This document shows, in pieces, positions 11,550-22,277 of a stretch of DNA of 64,000 bases. Every line of letters begins with the position of its first letter. Within the stretch, counting starts at the first letter, position 1. The position numbers were made by a program, and so were the translations under genes. The notes beneath the pieces were generated by a model. The model worked only from the letters and a program-made list of their open reading frames with translations. It ran no database searches and had not been told where the DNA came from. The stretch is taken from positions 124,001 to 188,000 of the IMG/VR virus record IMGVR_UViG_3300021963_000021, one strand, 5' to 3'.

Positions 11550-13733
11550 ATGCCATATAATGTATATTTTACAGATCCAACACTACATCCTGAACCGTTA
11601 GAAGTTCAAGATAATACCTCTAACGTTGATACTAATGTTACTATTCCTGGTAGAAACGTAACTGGTTATGGAAAAATTATAGCTGAGAATTTCTTACATT
11701 TATTAGAAAATTTTGCCAGTGACAATGCTCCTAATAGCTCTCAAGCTGTGATTGGTCAACTATGGTATGACACAGTAAACAACAGAGTACAGGTCTTTGA
11801 CGGAGTTGATTGGAAACCAACTAGCGGTATTACCACAGCAGTTAACGAACCATCTGGCGCAACAACAGGCGATCTCTGGGTTAACAACAGTACACAACAG
11901 TTGTACTTGAGAGCCAATGACACTTGGGTATTAGTTGGACCGCAATTTAGTGAAGGTACAAAATCGGGTCCTTTAGTTGAAAGTATTCTAGACATTGACA
12001 ACAGAAGTAGAACAGTTATTATATTCTACACTAGAGACATTCCTGTTGTTATTGTTAGCAAAGACACATTTATTCCTAAGGTAGTTATTCAAGGTTTTAC
12101 TAGTGTAGAATCTGGAATCAATATTACTACACGAACAGACATTTCTGATTTAACAGTAGTTCCTAAATTAATCGGTCGAGCAACAGCAGCAGAATCGTTG
12201 GTCGTTGGTACTACAGAAGTCCCAGCTACAACTTTTATTAGACGTGATCAAATAGAAACAATATCGGCTCAATTTAATGTTAGAGATGATTCTGGACTAT
12301 TCATAGGTACTAATGGTAATTTTAACCTTGGTGTTAGATCATCTAACGCATTGCTTTATAATTCAACACCAGGTGGCGCCATTGATATCCAATCAAGTAG
12401 AACAGGCAGCTTTGGTGTTCCGACTACAGTTATACGTGTTATTGAAGACAAGATTGGCGTAAACAACGCTACTCCAGAAGCAACATTGGACGTTATTGGT
12501 ACAGTTAGAGTTGCGGGTGTTGTTACATTAACTGACGAATCAAATTCTACAAATTTAAACAACGGTAGCTTTATTACAGCTGGCGGTATGGCTGTTAATA
12601 GAAATCTTAATGTCGGAGGAAACACTAGCATAAGCGGTACACTGACAACAAAATCAGTAGAGCCTGCTACAGCATCTGAAACTATTGGTACTGACACTAA
12701 TAGATATAAAGTTATCTACGCTGACCAATTGGTTGCTAATAAATTTACAGGTACGCTAACTGGTAATATTTCTGGAAACGCAGGGTCAGCTACTTCTTTA
12801 GCTAATTCTACAAACTTTAAATTAGAAGGTGACGTTTCAAGTAACGTGCTGTCCTTTAATGGTACAGGTAACCTTAACAAGACATTTACAACAACACTAA
12901 CTTCGGACATTATTTCCAACAAAGCATCATTAGGTAACATACAGAATAATGATGAAATGTTAGTTTACAGAGCTAACACTGGTCTAAGAAAAGTAACAAG
13001 ACAGACATTTATTGATGACGCTGGTGTACCTATTGGGTCTGTGTTTGCTTGGTCAGGCACTGAGGCACCAACCGGCTATGTGTTGTGTGACGGTTCAGAA
13101 TACGAACTTTACCGTTATAGAGAATTGGGTACAGTCCTAGGAACAACATACAATGGTTCTACTCCTTTACTAGGATCTCCAAAAGGCGTTACTTTCCGTG
13201 TTCCGGATCTACGTGGTAGATTTGTACTTGGTAAGCAAGACATGGATGCCGGTGTTAGAGTTCCTTATCCAGGTGGAGCAACTGCGCCCGACGCTGGCGG
13301 CGGACTAGTAGTCCCTGCTCGTGTAAGTGATACACAGGCAAACGTGTTAGGCGGTATCAGCGGTAAAGACCAATACGTTATTGAACAATACAATATTCCA
13401 GACCACGATCACGATTTGGCAGGAAGAAGAACTGATAATTCACCAAGTGGAACACAGTTTTATGTTATTAATGATTTATCATCAACGCAGCCTACAGATG
13501 TGTCACCGTATACATTAATTGGCGGTGCTGGTAGATTAAATGAAAGAACAAAAGCAGGCACAGTTATTGGTGGTGCTCAAAAAATGTCTTCAACAGGTTT
13601 GGTAAGAATTAACATTGAAGATAAACGTGTACCAGGAAATTCTGATTCGCTTATTGGCCGTCCATTTAACGTTATGAATCCGTTTATAACATTAAATTAC
13701 ATCATACGAAGCGGAAAGCCAACTAACGATTAA
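11550..13733 (+). CDS. Tail fibre protein with C-terminal tail-collar domain
   Basis: Shared N-terminal anchor (GRNVTGYG..IAENFLHLLENFA..GQLWYD). Collar motif VPIGSVFAW..APTGYVLCDG..FRVPDLRGRF. Confidence 0.8.
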   Translation: MPYNVYFTDPTLHPEPLEVQDNTSNVDTNVTIPGRNVTGYGKIIAENFLHLLENFASDNAPNSSQAVIGQLWYDTVNNRVQVFDGVDWKPTSGITTAVNEPSGATTGDLWVNNSTQQLYLRANDTWVLVGPQFSEGTKSGPLVESILDIDNRSRTVIIFYTRDIPVVIVSKDTFIPKVVIQGFTSVESGINITTRTDISDLTVVPKLIGRATAAESLVVGTTEVPATTFIRRDQIETISAQFNVRDDSGLFIGTNGNFNLGVRSSNALLYNSTPGGAIDIQSSRTGSFGVPTTVIRVIEDKIGVNNATPEATLDVIGTVRVAGVVTLTDESNSTNLNNGSFITAGGMAVNRNLNVGGNTSISGTLTTKSVEPATASETIGTDTNRYKVIYADQLVANKFTGTLTGNISGNAGSATSLANSTNFKLEGDVSSNVLSFNGTGNLNKTFTTTLTSDIISNKASLGNIQNNDEMLVYRANTGLRKVTRQTFIDDAGVPIGSVFAWSGTEAPTGYVLCDGSEYELYRYRELGTVLGTTYNGSTPLLGSPKGVTFRVPDLRGRFVLGKQDMDAGVRVPYPGGATAPDAGGGLVVPARVSDTQANVLGGISGKDQYVIEQYNIPDHDHDLAGRRTDNSPSGTQFYVINDLSSTQPTDVSPYTLIGGAGRLNERTKAGTVIGGAQKMSSTGLVRINIEDKRVPGNSDSLIGRPFNVMNPFITLNYIIRSGKPTND

Positions 13734-13744
13734 TGGAGCGATGA

Positions 13745-15805
13745 ATGGCATATACAATTAATAAAACCGACGGTACCGCAATAGCAACAGTAGCTGATGG
13801 ACAGATAGACTCGGCATCTACTTCTATTACGCTGATTGGTAAAAACTTTAGCGGATTCGGTGAGTATCTTAATGAAAACTTAGTTAAGCTACTGGAAAAT
13901 TTTGCCAGCAACGGAGTTGAACCAACACCTGCCCTAACAGGGCAACTTTGGTATGATACTGAAGAAAATCGTGTAAAGGTTTATTCGGGAACAGAATGGA
14001 AAGCAGTGGGCACGAGTGCGTTAGCGACAACAAGACCGCTCGATATTAGCACAGGTGATTTTTGGTTTAACACTACAGATAACCAACTGTATTTTTATGA
14101 TGGCAGTAGAGATTATCTAATAGGCCCTGACTACTCAGTATCCCAAGGTCAAACTGGTTTTAAAGTTGAAACCATAGAAGATTCGGCAAGAAGAAATAGA
14201 ACTGTAGCAACATTATATCTAGCAGGCGGCGCATTTGGATTTTACAGTGCTATTGAATTTACACCACGATTTCCTATTCCTAATTATTCTAGCAACGTTA
14301 TTAAGATTGGTTTTAATCCTATCAACGATACATTTAAATATCAAGGAACTTCAGCGAACTCGGATAAGCTAGGAAATGTTGAAGCTATCTTTTATGCTAG
14401 AAAAAATCAAACTAACATATTTTCTGAGCAGCTTACAGTATCTAATGATCAAGGTATCCGTTGGGGAACAGGTCCTCAAGGACAAGCTGGCGTCGAAAGT
14501 GGCGGTGACGTTTATATAAGAAACAGTGCCAACAATTTTAAACTAGCACTCAAAGTAACAAAAAATAATAACTCTCTAACTGCTATGACTATTGAGCCAG
14601 CATCAACTGGCGACGATATAATAAACATATTTCCTTCAAATCCTAACAGTCTAGTAAATGTTGGCGGCGATATGGTTATTGCCGGAGACCTAACAGTACA
14701 GGGCGCAACAATTATAGTCCAAGCAGAAACAGTTACACTTAAAGACAAACTGTTAGAAATAGGTGTTCCGTCGAGCGGATCTGCCACAGATACTGGCGCA
14801 GACGGTGGTGGTATAAAATTAAAAGGTGATACAGATCATTCTATGATCTGGGACAACGCTACAGACACTTGGGTGTTCAGCGAGTCTATAGATGTTCCAG
14901 CTGGCGCTGGTTATAAAATTGACGGTGTGCCTGTTTTAACTGATATTGGCACAGGCATTGAATTATCTGCAGCAGTTACAAGCGCACCAGGATTGACTGC
15001 GTTTGGTACATTAAACAGTTTTAACGTTGATAATATTACGTTCAACGACAATCTGATATCTAACAATGGTAACTCATCCCCATACCCAGATGGGGGCAAT
15101 GCGGGAGGAGTTAATCAATATGATTTACATATTGAACCTCGCGGAGACTTATATCTTGACGGAACAACACATCCAAAGATTATAGGCATACAAACTACTA
15201 ATGAATTAGCAATAGATCAAACAGTTGAATCACCTAATGTCTTAACTGGTACTGAATTATCTGAAGCAACTTCAAAACAGTATGTAACACAATTAGTTAG
15301 AACACGAAGCATTGCGTTGACATTAGATGTCACAGGTAAAGAACTAGTTAACTATGATTCTGACCTAGGCGATCCTTTAACAGATCAAGAAATAGTAGAT
15401 ATCTTAACAAATATTGCTCCTGTGGACGAATATGAACCAGGAACAAAAGCACGTATAGCTACTTGGAGATATTTCTTAGAAAATATTCCTGCTGTATCAA
15501 CGACTGGATCTCAGTGGACCGGTGGAAACATGATATCTACAGAAACATTGTACGATGTAACCGGAGCGTTAACTCCGAGTGGACCGACTGGGCCATACGG
15601 TGTTGTTAAAGAAGTAGCAGTTGATTCTCAAATACCAACTCAAAAACCTCCAAGATTTTATATCGTTAGAGGTTTAGTTGTATGTACTTTAACACAGACT
15701 TCTCCTTCGGTAGTTGAGTGGGTGCTTGATACTAGAGTAGAAGACCAAGATCCACCTGGACCATCCGGAGCAGCGTTGACATCATTCGAGAGACCAGCAT
15801 GGTAA
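13745..15805 (+). CDS. Tail fibre-like protein (paralogue 2)
   Basis: Same N-terminal anchor (GKNFSGFGEYLNENLVKLLENFA..GQLWYD); SD GGAG. Confidence 0.75.
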   Translation: MAYTINKTDGTAIATVADGQIDSASTSITLIGKNFSGFGEYLNENLVKLLENFASNGVEPTPALTGQLWYDTEENRVKVYSGTEWKAVGTSALATTRPLDISTGDFWFNTTDNQLYFYDGSRDYLIGPDYSVSQGQTGFKVETIEDSARRNRTVATLYLAGGAFGFYSAIEFTPRFPIPNYSSNVIKIGFNPINDTFKYQGTSANSDKLGNVEAIFYARKNQTNIFSEQLTVSNDQGIRWGTGPQGQAGVESGGDVYIRNSANNFKLALKVTKNNNSLTAMTIEPASTGDDIINIFPSNPNSLVNVGGDMVIAGDLTVQGATIIVQAETVTLKDKLLEIGVPSSGSATDTGADGGGIKLKGDTDHSMIWDNATDTWVFSESIDVPAGAGYKIDGVPVLTDIGTGIELSAAVTSAPGLTAFGTLNSFNVDNITFNDNLISNNGNSSPYPDGGNAGGVNQYDLHIEPRGDLYLDGTTHPKIIGIQTTNELAIDQTVESPNVLTGTELSEATSKQYVTQLVRTRSIALTLDVTGKELVNYDSDLGDPLTDQEIVDILTNIAPVDEYEPGTKARIATWRYFLENIPAVSTTGSQWTGGNMISTETLYDVTGALTPSGPTGPYGVVKEVAVDSQIPTQKPPRFYIVRGLVVCTLTQTSPSVVEWVLDTRVEDQDPPGPSGAALTSFERPAW

Positions 15806-15808
15806 AAT

Positions 15809-15814
15809 TAAATA
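15809..15814 (+). promoter_or_regulatory. Late promoter core TAAATA
   Basis: Intergenic TAAATA upstream of ATG 15833. Confidence 0.5.
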
Positions 15815-15832
15815 AACTGACGGAAGAAGCAG

Positions 15833-17710
15833 ATGCCATATCAAATTAACAAATATAACGGTGATAGACTAGTAGTACTAGAAGATGGTGTGTTAGACAC
15901 AACCACTAGTGTTGGTCTTGTAGGTAAAAACTTCGCTGGGTATGGCGAAATACAAAATGAAAACTTCCTATGGTTGTTGGAAAATTTTGCTGGAAGAAAT
16001 GCTCCAACAAAAGCCATACAAGGACAACTATGGTATGATTCTGAAACACAGCGTATTAGAGTTTACGATGGAATTGCTTGGAACATAGTCGGCAACACTG
16101 TTGTTTCAAGTACAGAGCCTGTTGACAATGCTCCAGGTGATGGATGGTTTAATACTACTTCCAAACAGCTCTATGTCTATGACGGTACACAATTTAGATT
16201 TGTTGGACCAGAAGCTGTCACTGATTTTGGCACAACACGTCTAGTATCTACAAAGATTAGAGATGTAACTTCTAATTATAGAGCAGTAATTAAAGTAACT
16301 TTAAATGATACGGTGATTGGCATCATAGCTGAAAGAGACTTTGACATAAGTCCGTCGGATGCTGTTCCTGGATTTACGTCACTTAAGAAAGGCATAACAC
16401 TTTCTACTACTTCTTTCTTAAAAGGTGACGTAGTAGGAAATGCTTCTACAGCAACAGCGTTGGATACAGCAAGAAATATTAATGGCGTTGCCTTTGACGG
16501 ATCGGCAGATATAACAATAAAATCTAGTACTACAAATTATCTAGTAAGTGGAAATTATATTACTGGTGATGACTTTGACGGATCTACACCTATAACATGG
16601 GGAGTTGATGCTACATCGAGCAATACCCACGGTAAAGTAGTGGCCAGAGACTTGTTGGGAAATTTTTCAGCATCGACTATCACAGCAGATTTAACCGGCA
16701 ATACAACCGGAACACATTATGGAAATGTTCAAGGAAATCTATCAGGCAATACTGTAGGTACACATACAGGACCTTTAGTAGGAAATGTGACAGGAAATGT
16801 GACAGGAAATGTAACTGGTTCATTAAACGGTATTGTCGGCAACACATCACCAACATCGGGCACATTTACAGTTTTAACAGTCAGCGGCGATTTTGTAGTT
16901 GACGGGTCAGCAGGGACTGTAGGACAGATATTAAAATCAAGAGGTGCCAGCCAACCACCAGTATGGGGATCACCTGTTGTGGATCTTGACACACAGGTAA
17001 CAAATATACTAGCCGGAAATCACGGCGGCACAGGAAGATCGTCACTTACATTGAACAGTCTTGTAGTTGGCAATGGAACTGGCCCGGTTAACTTAATTGC
17101 GCCAGGGCAAGCGGGCAATGTTTTACAATCAGACGGCGGCCAATGGGCTAGCCAACCTTTAGGCATTGTTGGGCAAGTTTGTTATTTTGCCATGGCAACC
17201 CCTCCAGCTGGTTGGTTAATATGTGATGGGAGAGCAATATCTAGAACTGCTTACCCTGCTCTTTATGCGGCAATTGGTATTCAATGGGGAGATGGCGATG
17301 GCGGTTCTACATTTAATCTACCAGACCTACGTGGAGAATTTATTAGAGGTTGGGACGGCGGTCGTGGTGTAGATTCTGGAAGATCATTTGCTTCTCCTCA
17401 ATCAACAAGTGTTGGACAGCACACACATGATTTCTATGACATCTATGGAATATGGGGTGATCACGTTGGTAACTATCGAATCACAGGCGGGGTTCCTGTA
17501 CTAAATGGACCAGAGCCTCCTGTAGCTGTTGGATCTGGATTTAGAGATGTTGATGGAAATTATCATACACAGTACTTCTATTATAGTGATGCGTATGATG
17601 GAGATAACGACGGCGGAGCTTGGGCAATTAAGAATAGAACACTAACAGCCGGACAAGCAGGCGAAACAAGACCAAGAAACGTAGCAATGCTACCTTGTAT
17701 TAAATATTAA
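15833..17710 (+). CDS. Tail fibre protein with tail-collar domain (paralogue 3)
   Basis: Anchor domain; ARNINGVAFDGSADITI fibre repeat; collar motif PPAGWLICDGRAISRTAYPALYAAIG..FNLPDLRGEFIRGWD; C-terminal ETRPRNVAMLPCIKY. Confidence 0.85.
   Translation: MPYQINKYNGDRLVVLEDGVLDTTTSVGLVGKNFAGYGEIQNENFLWLLENFAGRNAPTKAIQGQLWYDSETQRIRVYDGIAWNIVGNTVVSSTEPVDNAPGDGWFNTTSKQLYVYDGTQFRFVGPEAVTDFGTTRLVSTKIRDVTSNYRAVIKVTLNDTVIGIIAERDFDISPSDAVPGFTSLKKGITLSTTSFLKGDVVGNASTATALDTARNINGVAFDGSADITIKSSTTNYLVSGNYITGDDFDGSTPITWGVDATSSNTHGKVVARDLLGNFSASTITADLTGNTTGTHYGNVQGNLSGNTVGTHTGPLVGNVTGNVTGNVTGSLNGIVGNTSPTSGTFTVLTVSGDFVVDGSAGTVGQILKSRGASQPPVWGSPVVDLDTQVTNILAGNHGGTGRSSLTLNSLVVGNGTGPVNLIAPGQAGNVLQSDGGQWASQPLGIVGQVCYFAMATPPAGWLICDGRAISRTAYPALYAAIGIQWGDGDGGSTFNLPDLRGEFIRGWDGGRGVDSGRSFASPQSTSVGQHTHDFYDIYGIWGDHVGNYRITGGVPVLNGPEPPVAVGSGFRDVDGNYHTQYFYYSDAYDGDNDGGAWAIKNRTLTAGQAGETRPRNVAMLPCIKY
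16780..16815 (+). repeat. 3x12-bp in-frame tandem repeat (AGGAAATGTGAC) encoding GNVT x3
   Basis: Two perfect copies and one with a single mismatch, read directly. Confidence 0.85.
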
Positions 17711-17722
17711 TTGGAGCGATAA

Positions 17723-19504
17723 ATGCCATATCAGGTAGACAGATACAACGGAACAACACTAGTTACAGTCCCAGATCAAACTGTGGACTCGTCTAGCTGC
17801 GACATTAAATTAATAGGTAAAAATTACGCAGGGTATGGCGAATTACAAAACGAAAATTTCTTACACATGTTGGAACATTTTCGCGGTGAATATGCCCCAA
17901 GACGCCCTATAGTTGGTCAAATATGGTATGACGAACTTAATAATAAAATAAAGTTTAGAGATAAGAATAACAGTTGGCGAACTACTGCTATCCTTGATGT
18001 ATCGCCGACGGCTCCTACAGGATTAGCAGCCGCAGACAAGGGCAATTTTTGGTATGATGATACCTTAAAGCAAATAAACGTGTGGGACGGTTCTGATCAT
18101 ATAGTTGTAGGACCAGAAGTTGCTGTAAATTTTGGTAAAACTAGACTTAGCTCTGGGACTATACGTGATAATGGTAACACTGAACACGCTATCATTAGAG
18201 TATGGGCCGATGACACTGTTGTTGCTACTATCAGCAATGACGAATACAGTATTGGCGATATTGAAGAAATCGACGGTTTTACAGATATAAAGAAAGGTAT
18301 CACTCTAGTTGATACTCCAGCAACAGGTGTTACTAGCACACCTTATAGATTTTGGGGCACAGCTAGCAACACACTAAAGTTTGTTGGAAGACCAATATCA
18401 GACTTTGTTTTAAGATCCGGCGCAGGATCTACTTTTGATGATACCGGATTTTCTATAGGCAATGATAACGATCTAAAAATATTTGTTGAATCTACAGATA
18501 GACCAGTTATTTCTAATCAATTAGGTAACAGCATTCGTATTAGAATCAAAACTGGTACAATTAATAATGACGTTGGAGTGTTTGATGTTACTGGAATGGT
18601 TCCAGGCACAACCGAAAGTTATAATTTAGGTTCAACATTGCGTAAATGGAAAGAAATACATGCTAGTGATGTATTTGGTAATGTAGTTGGTTCTGTAACT
18701 GGCAACGTCTATGCCAACGATGATTCAGTAATGGTTAATGGTTTGACTAAAGAATTAGTTGGATCGCTAACAGGATCAGTCTCGGGAAATCTAAAAGCAC
18801 TTGATAGTACTATCGCCTATGATGGTTCTACTAAAACATTTACTAGTACTAACGCAAATTTTGTCAATTCTTCTATCGACACATTAACAATTATTAATCT
18901 AATAGATGGTGATTTAAAGGGTGACTTATACGCTTCAGACTCTACCATTGCCTACAACGCAGGAACTAAACAATTTACAGGGTCGTTAGTCGGTAATGCT
19001 GCTACAGCTAGCAAATTCTTAGACCCTAAATATATTAACGGTGTAGCATTCGATGGCTCAGTAAACATAACTATCGAAGACGATACTAAGGTAGCTAAAG
19101 CTGGCAGTGCTATGACTGGCTATCTAACATTATCTGGAGCGCCGACACAGCCAAATCACGCTGCTACTAAGCAGTATGTCGATGATAAAGTTTCATCTAA
19201 GACACTATTCTTTAGTTTAGATACTAGAGGATTATCTACAACAGGTAGTACCGCAGGTTCTGTTGTGTCTATATTGAATGAACTAGCACCTGCTTCTAAT
19301 TTCTTACCAGGAACAATGGCACACATTGCCAGTACTGTACAAAATGTACAGGCCACAGCAAACGTCGGATACAGCAGTAGAATTTCTATGACTTATGTGT
19401 CTAGTGTTTCTGTGACTACCACAGTACAAAATCCTACTAGAAACAATCTTTTGATATATCAAATCAATTACAGCGGAACAAGTTGGGAATATGTATCAGG
19501 TTAA
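17723..19504 (+). CDS. Tail fibre-like protein (paralogue 4)
   Basis: Anchor domain; INGVAFDGSVNITI repeat; MTGYLTLSGAPTQPNHAATKQYVD fibre motif. Confidence 0.8.
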   Translation: MPYQVDRYNGTTLVTVPDQTVDSSSCDIKLIGKNYAGYGELQNENFLHMLEHFRGEYAPRRPIVGQIWYDELNNKIKFRDKNNSWRTTAILDVSPTAPTGLAAADKGNFWYDDTLKQINVWDGSDHIVVGPEVAVNFGKTRLSSGTIRDNGNTEHAIIRVWADDTVVATISNDEYSIGDIEEIDGFTDIKKGITLVDTPATGVTSTPYRFWGTASNTLKFVGRPISDFVLRSGAGSTFDDTGFSIGNDNDLKIFVESTDRPVISNQLGNSIRIRIKTGTINNDVGVFDVTGMVPGTTESYNLGSTLRKWKEIHASDVFGNVVGSVTGNVYANDDSVMVNGLTKELVGSLTGSVSGNLKALDSTIAYDGSTKTFTSTNANFVNSSIDTLTIINLIDGDLKGDLYASDSTIAYNAGTKQFTGSLVGNAATASKFLDPKYINGVAFDGSVNITIEDDTKVAKAGSAMTGYLTLSGAPTQPNHAATKQYVDDKVSSKTLFFSLDTRGLSTTGSTAGSVVSILNELAPASNFLPGTMAHIASTVQNVQATANVGYSSRISMTYVSSVSVTTTVQNPTRNNLLIYQINYSGTSWEYVSG

Positions 19505-19985
19505 TCTTGTTAAAAACTATCTAACCAACTCCGATGAAATTATCGAGTTAGCTGAGAAGCATCTTGATAAATTTTCGGATAGATCTGCTGGCAGTAAACA
19601 CAGTTTCAGTACACAATATGGTACTAGTAAACTAAAAAGCATGTTCTATTTTGACATGCCAGAAGAATTAAAAGCAGCGGTATTTAAAACTATACCGGAT
19701 GATCGACGATTTGTTAGTAGCTTCACTATAAACAGATATGATCCGGGTGATTATTTGATACGCCATAGAGACAGCAGCGCAGGATATTGGAAATTCAAGC
19801 TGATATTTTTACGCAGCGATAAATCTCATTTTAAGTATTATGACGAAGATGGCACAGATTATCTAGTTGATGAAGAGCCTGGTGCTTTATTAGACATGCC
19901 TGTTCATTTAGAGCATGAAGTAACAGAAATAGGACCAGATGAAAGGCCAAAATATAGTTTGGTTTTAACATGGGGAAGAATGTAA
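19491..19985 (+). CDS. 2OG-Fe(II) oxygenase family protein
   Basis: INRYDPGDYLIRHRD (HxD), distal HEVTEI, and the RPKYSLV strand typical of the DSBH oxygenase fold. Confidence 0.7.
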   Translation: MYQVNLVKNYLTNSDEIIELAEKHLDKFSDRSAGSKHSFSTQYGTSKLKSMFYFDMPEELKAAVFKTIPDDRRFVSSFTINRYDPGDYLIRHRDSSAGYWKFKLIFLRSDKSHFKYYDEDGTDYLVDEEPGALLDMPVHLEHEVTEIGPDERPKYSLVLTWGRM

Positions 19986-20456
19986 ATGGCAAAAGTAAAA
20001 AGAGACTTATTATTTTTAAAGAATACAGGTGTGTTAATTGGCGAAATCCATGACGAAACTGACCGTGAGTCTTTGAATCTAGAAAAATTTGTAGTCAAAT
20101 CTGTAGAGTTTGATACTGAACTTGGCGAATATTGGTATGGTGATCATGATACAGGCGAGATCCGCTCTAGAGTCGAAAAGCCAGTGGTCACTGAGTCATA
20201 CGTGAAGTACGATACTAATCTAACAATAGTTGGTGAATATCCTGTACACAAACAACTCAACATCATAATTGACATGTTAAACAAGAGTTCTGTAGAAAAG
20301 ACCCCAGAGTTTCTAGCTATGAAAGAGTTCATTGATACTGTTAGATCAAACTATCAAGAGCAGGTAGCTGCTTATGCTAATAATCCAGAGGGTTATACTT
20401 GGATTTCTGAAGAAGAAGAACTAGAAATGCTGGACAAAAAGCGTAGATTTGAGTAA
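19986..20456 (+). CDS. Hypothetical protein (possible fibre assembly factor)
   Basis: 156-aa ORF abutting the oxygenase inside the fibre block. Confidence 0.5.
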   Translation: MAKVKRDLLFLKNTGVLIGEIHDETDRESLNLEKFVVKSVEFDTELGEYWYGDHDTGEIRSRVEKPVVTESYVKYDTNLTIVGEYPVHKQLNIIIDMLNKSSVEKTPEFLAMKEFIDTVRSNYQEQVAAYANNPEGYTWISEEEELEMLDKKRRFE

Positions 20457-20459
20457 GAA

Positions 20460-20465
20460 TAAATA
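20460..20465 (+). promoter_or_regulatory. Late promoter core TAAATA
   Basis: Intergenic TAAATA upstream of ATG 20484. Confidence 0.55.
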
Positions 20466-20483
20466 CAAGAAACTGGAACAAAC

Positions 20484-22268
20484 ATGACTTATCGCGTAGA
20501 CAGATATAATGGAACTTTTTTAACAAATGTTGCTGATGGCACCATTGATAGCACTACGGATTTAAGGTTCGTAGGCAGAAATTACTCTGGCTACGGTGAA
20601 GTCCAGAATGAAAATTTCTTACACTTATTGGAAAATTTCTCTAATACAGTGGCCCCTAGTAGACCAATTAATGGTCAAATTTGGTATGATTCTGGTACAA
20701 AGAAACTAAAATTCTATGACGGAATAAAATTTAAAGTAGCTAGTGGAGCAGAAGTTGCTTCTACAGCACCTTCAGGACTAGCAGCAGGTGACCTATGGTT
20801 CGATTCTGGCACTAATCAGTTGTCGGCATGGAACGGTTCAAGCTTCGTTCTTATTGGTCCACAAAGCGCACCCGGTTTTGGTACTTCACAGATCGTTACA
20901 CAGGTAGTAAAAGATACTAACAACACTAGCCACGTGATACTACGAGCAGTAGTAGGTGGCGTAACTACGGCGGTATTCAGCAATGATCCAGACTTTACAC
21001 TTTCTACATCCAACAACATTTCGGGTTTTTCGGAAACCGGTCGTCAAATTAAAAAGGGTATTACACTAAACTCGGTTTTATCGTCAGGGGTCAGTGACAG
21101 CGCAGGCTATAGATTCTGGGGCACAGCAAGTAACTCGGAAAGACTGGGCGGACAAACAATTGATAAATTTATTCGTAGTGATGCCGAGGGCGGCTTCACT
21201 GCTGAGATTAATTTTAAAGCTGGCCTTACTATTAATTCTGGAAACAGAAAAGACCTGAGAATTTGGGTCAATACTAATCAGCAGCCTACTATTGAAAATC
21301 AAGTTAACGGCCCGATAGTAATGAGAATTTCAAACAGCGGATCTCAGACTGACAAAGACGATATGCTGATCATGACTAGAGATCAGTTTGATAACAGTGA
21401 TGCTACATCGGCAAATGCTATATTTCCAGGTACTACAGGTAAACTTAATTTTGGTTCATCTAATAAGAGATGGAAAAGCATCTTTGCTAACACTGTAATA
21501 TCTAATCTAGTAGGAAATGTTACTGGAAACACAACCGGTGTACACAAAGGAAACATATTATCAGCAAACGATACTGTGGCATTTAATGCTACAACAAGAG
21601 CGTTTGTTGGCGACAGCTTTACAGGATCATTTACTGGCCCATTAACTGGCCAATCAACCTCATCTATTACATCATCTAAATTAAACAACTTAGATCCTAG
21701 TGAATTGGCTACTCCTGGATTAGCAACCATTCCTATTAGAACATCGTCTGGTATTATTCGAGCTGCGAGATTTGAAGGTCAAGCAACAGATTCTATAACA
21801 GTTAACGGTAGAGCACTATCTGTAACCAAAGATCCAAACACAATCGTCCTGCGAAACGCTGGTGGCGACGTTGAAGCACGTTATTTTAACGGCACGGCCA
21901 CTTCAGCTCAATATGCTGACTTAGCAGAGATATATAAAACTGACAAAGAATACGAAGTTGGAACTGTAGTAGCAGTTGGCGGTGATGCTGAAGTAACTGA
22001 AAGTATTTTAGGTGATAGAGCCATTGGTGTTATATCTGAGCATCCTGCGTATCTAATGAACAAAGATGCCGAAGGACAAGCGGTAGCACTAAAAGGTCGT
22101 GTGCCTGTTAAAGTTTCTGGAAGAGTTAAAAAAGGTCAGAGACTAGTAGCAGGCGCCAACGGCAGAGCAGTAGCCGCCACACATCATACATTAATGGATG
22201 TTTTTGCGATAGCATTAGAAACGCACACAGAACCGACAGACGGCGTGATTGAAGCGATAATAATATAA
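20484..22268 (+). CDS. Tail fibre-like protein with C-terminal intramolecular chaperone/autocleavage domain (paralogue 5)
   Basis: Anchor domain; C-terminal YADLAEIY..VGTVV..GVISEHPAYLMN..VALKGRVPVKV (peptidase G2/IMC-like). Confidence 0.75.
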   Translation: MTYRVDRYNGTFLTNVADGTIDSTTDLRFVGRNYSGYGEVQNENFLHLLENFSNTVAPSRPINGQIWYDSGTKKLKFYDGIKFKVASGAEVASTAPSGLAAGDLWFDSGTNQLSAWNGSSFVLIGPQSAPGFGTSQIVTQVVKDTNNTSHVILRAVVGGVTTAVFSNDPDFTLSTSNNISGFSETGRQIKKGITLNSVLSSGVSDSAGYRFWGTASNSERLGGQTIDKFIRSDAEGGFTAEINFKAGLTINSGNRKDLRIWVNTNQQPTIENQVNGPIVMRISNSGSQTDKDDMLIMTRDQFDNSDATSANAIFPGTTGKLNFGSSNKRWKSIFANTVISNLVGNVTGNTTGVHKGNILSANDTVAFNATTRAFVGDSFTGSFTGPLTGQSTSSITSSKLNNLDPSELATPGLATIPIRTSSGIIRAARFEGQATDSITVNGRALSVTKDPNTIVLRNAGGDVEARYFNGTATSAQYADLAEIYKTDKEYEVGTVVAVGGDAEVTESILGDRAIGVISEHPAYLMNKDAEGQAVALKGRVPVKVSGRVKKGQRLVAGANGRAVAATHHTLMDVFAIALETHTEPTDGVIEAIII

Positions 22269-22277
22269 GGATTAGAG

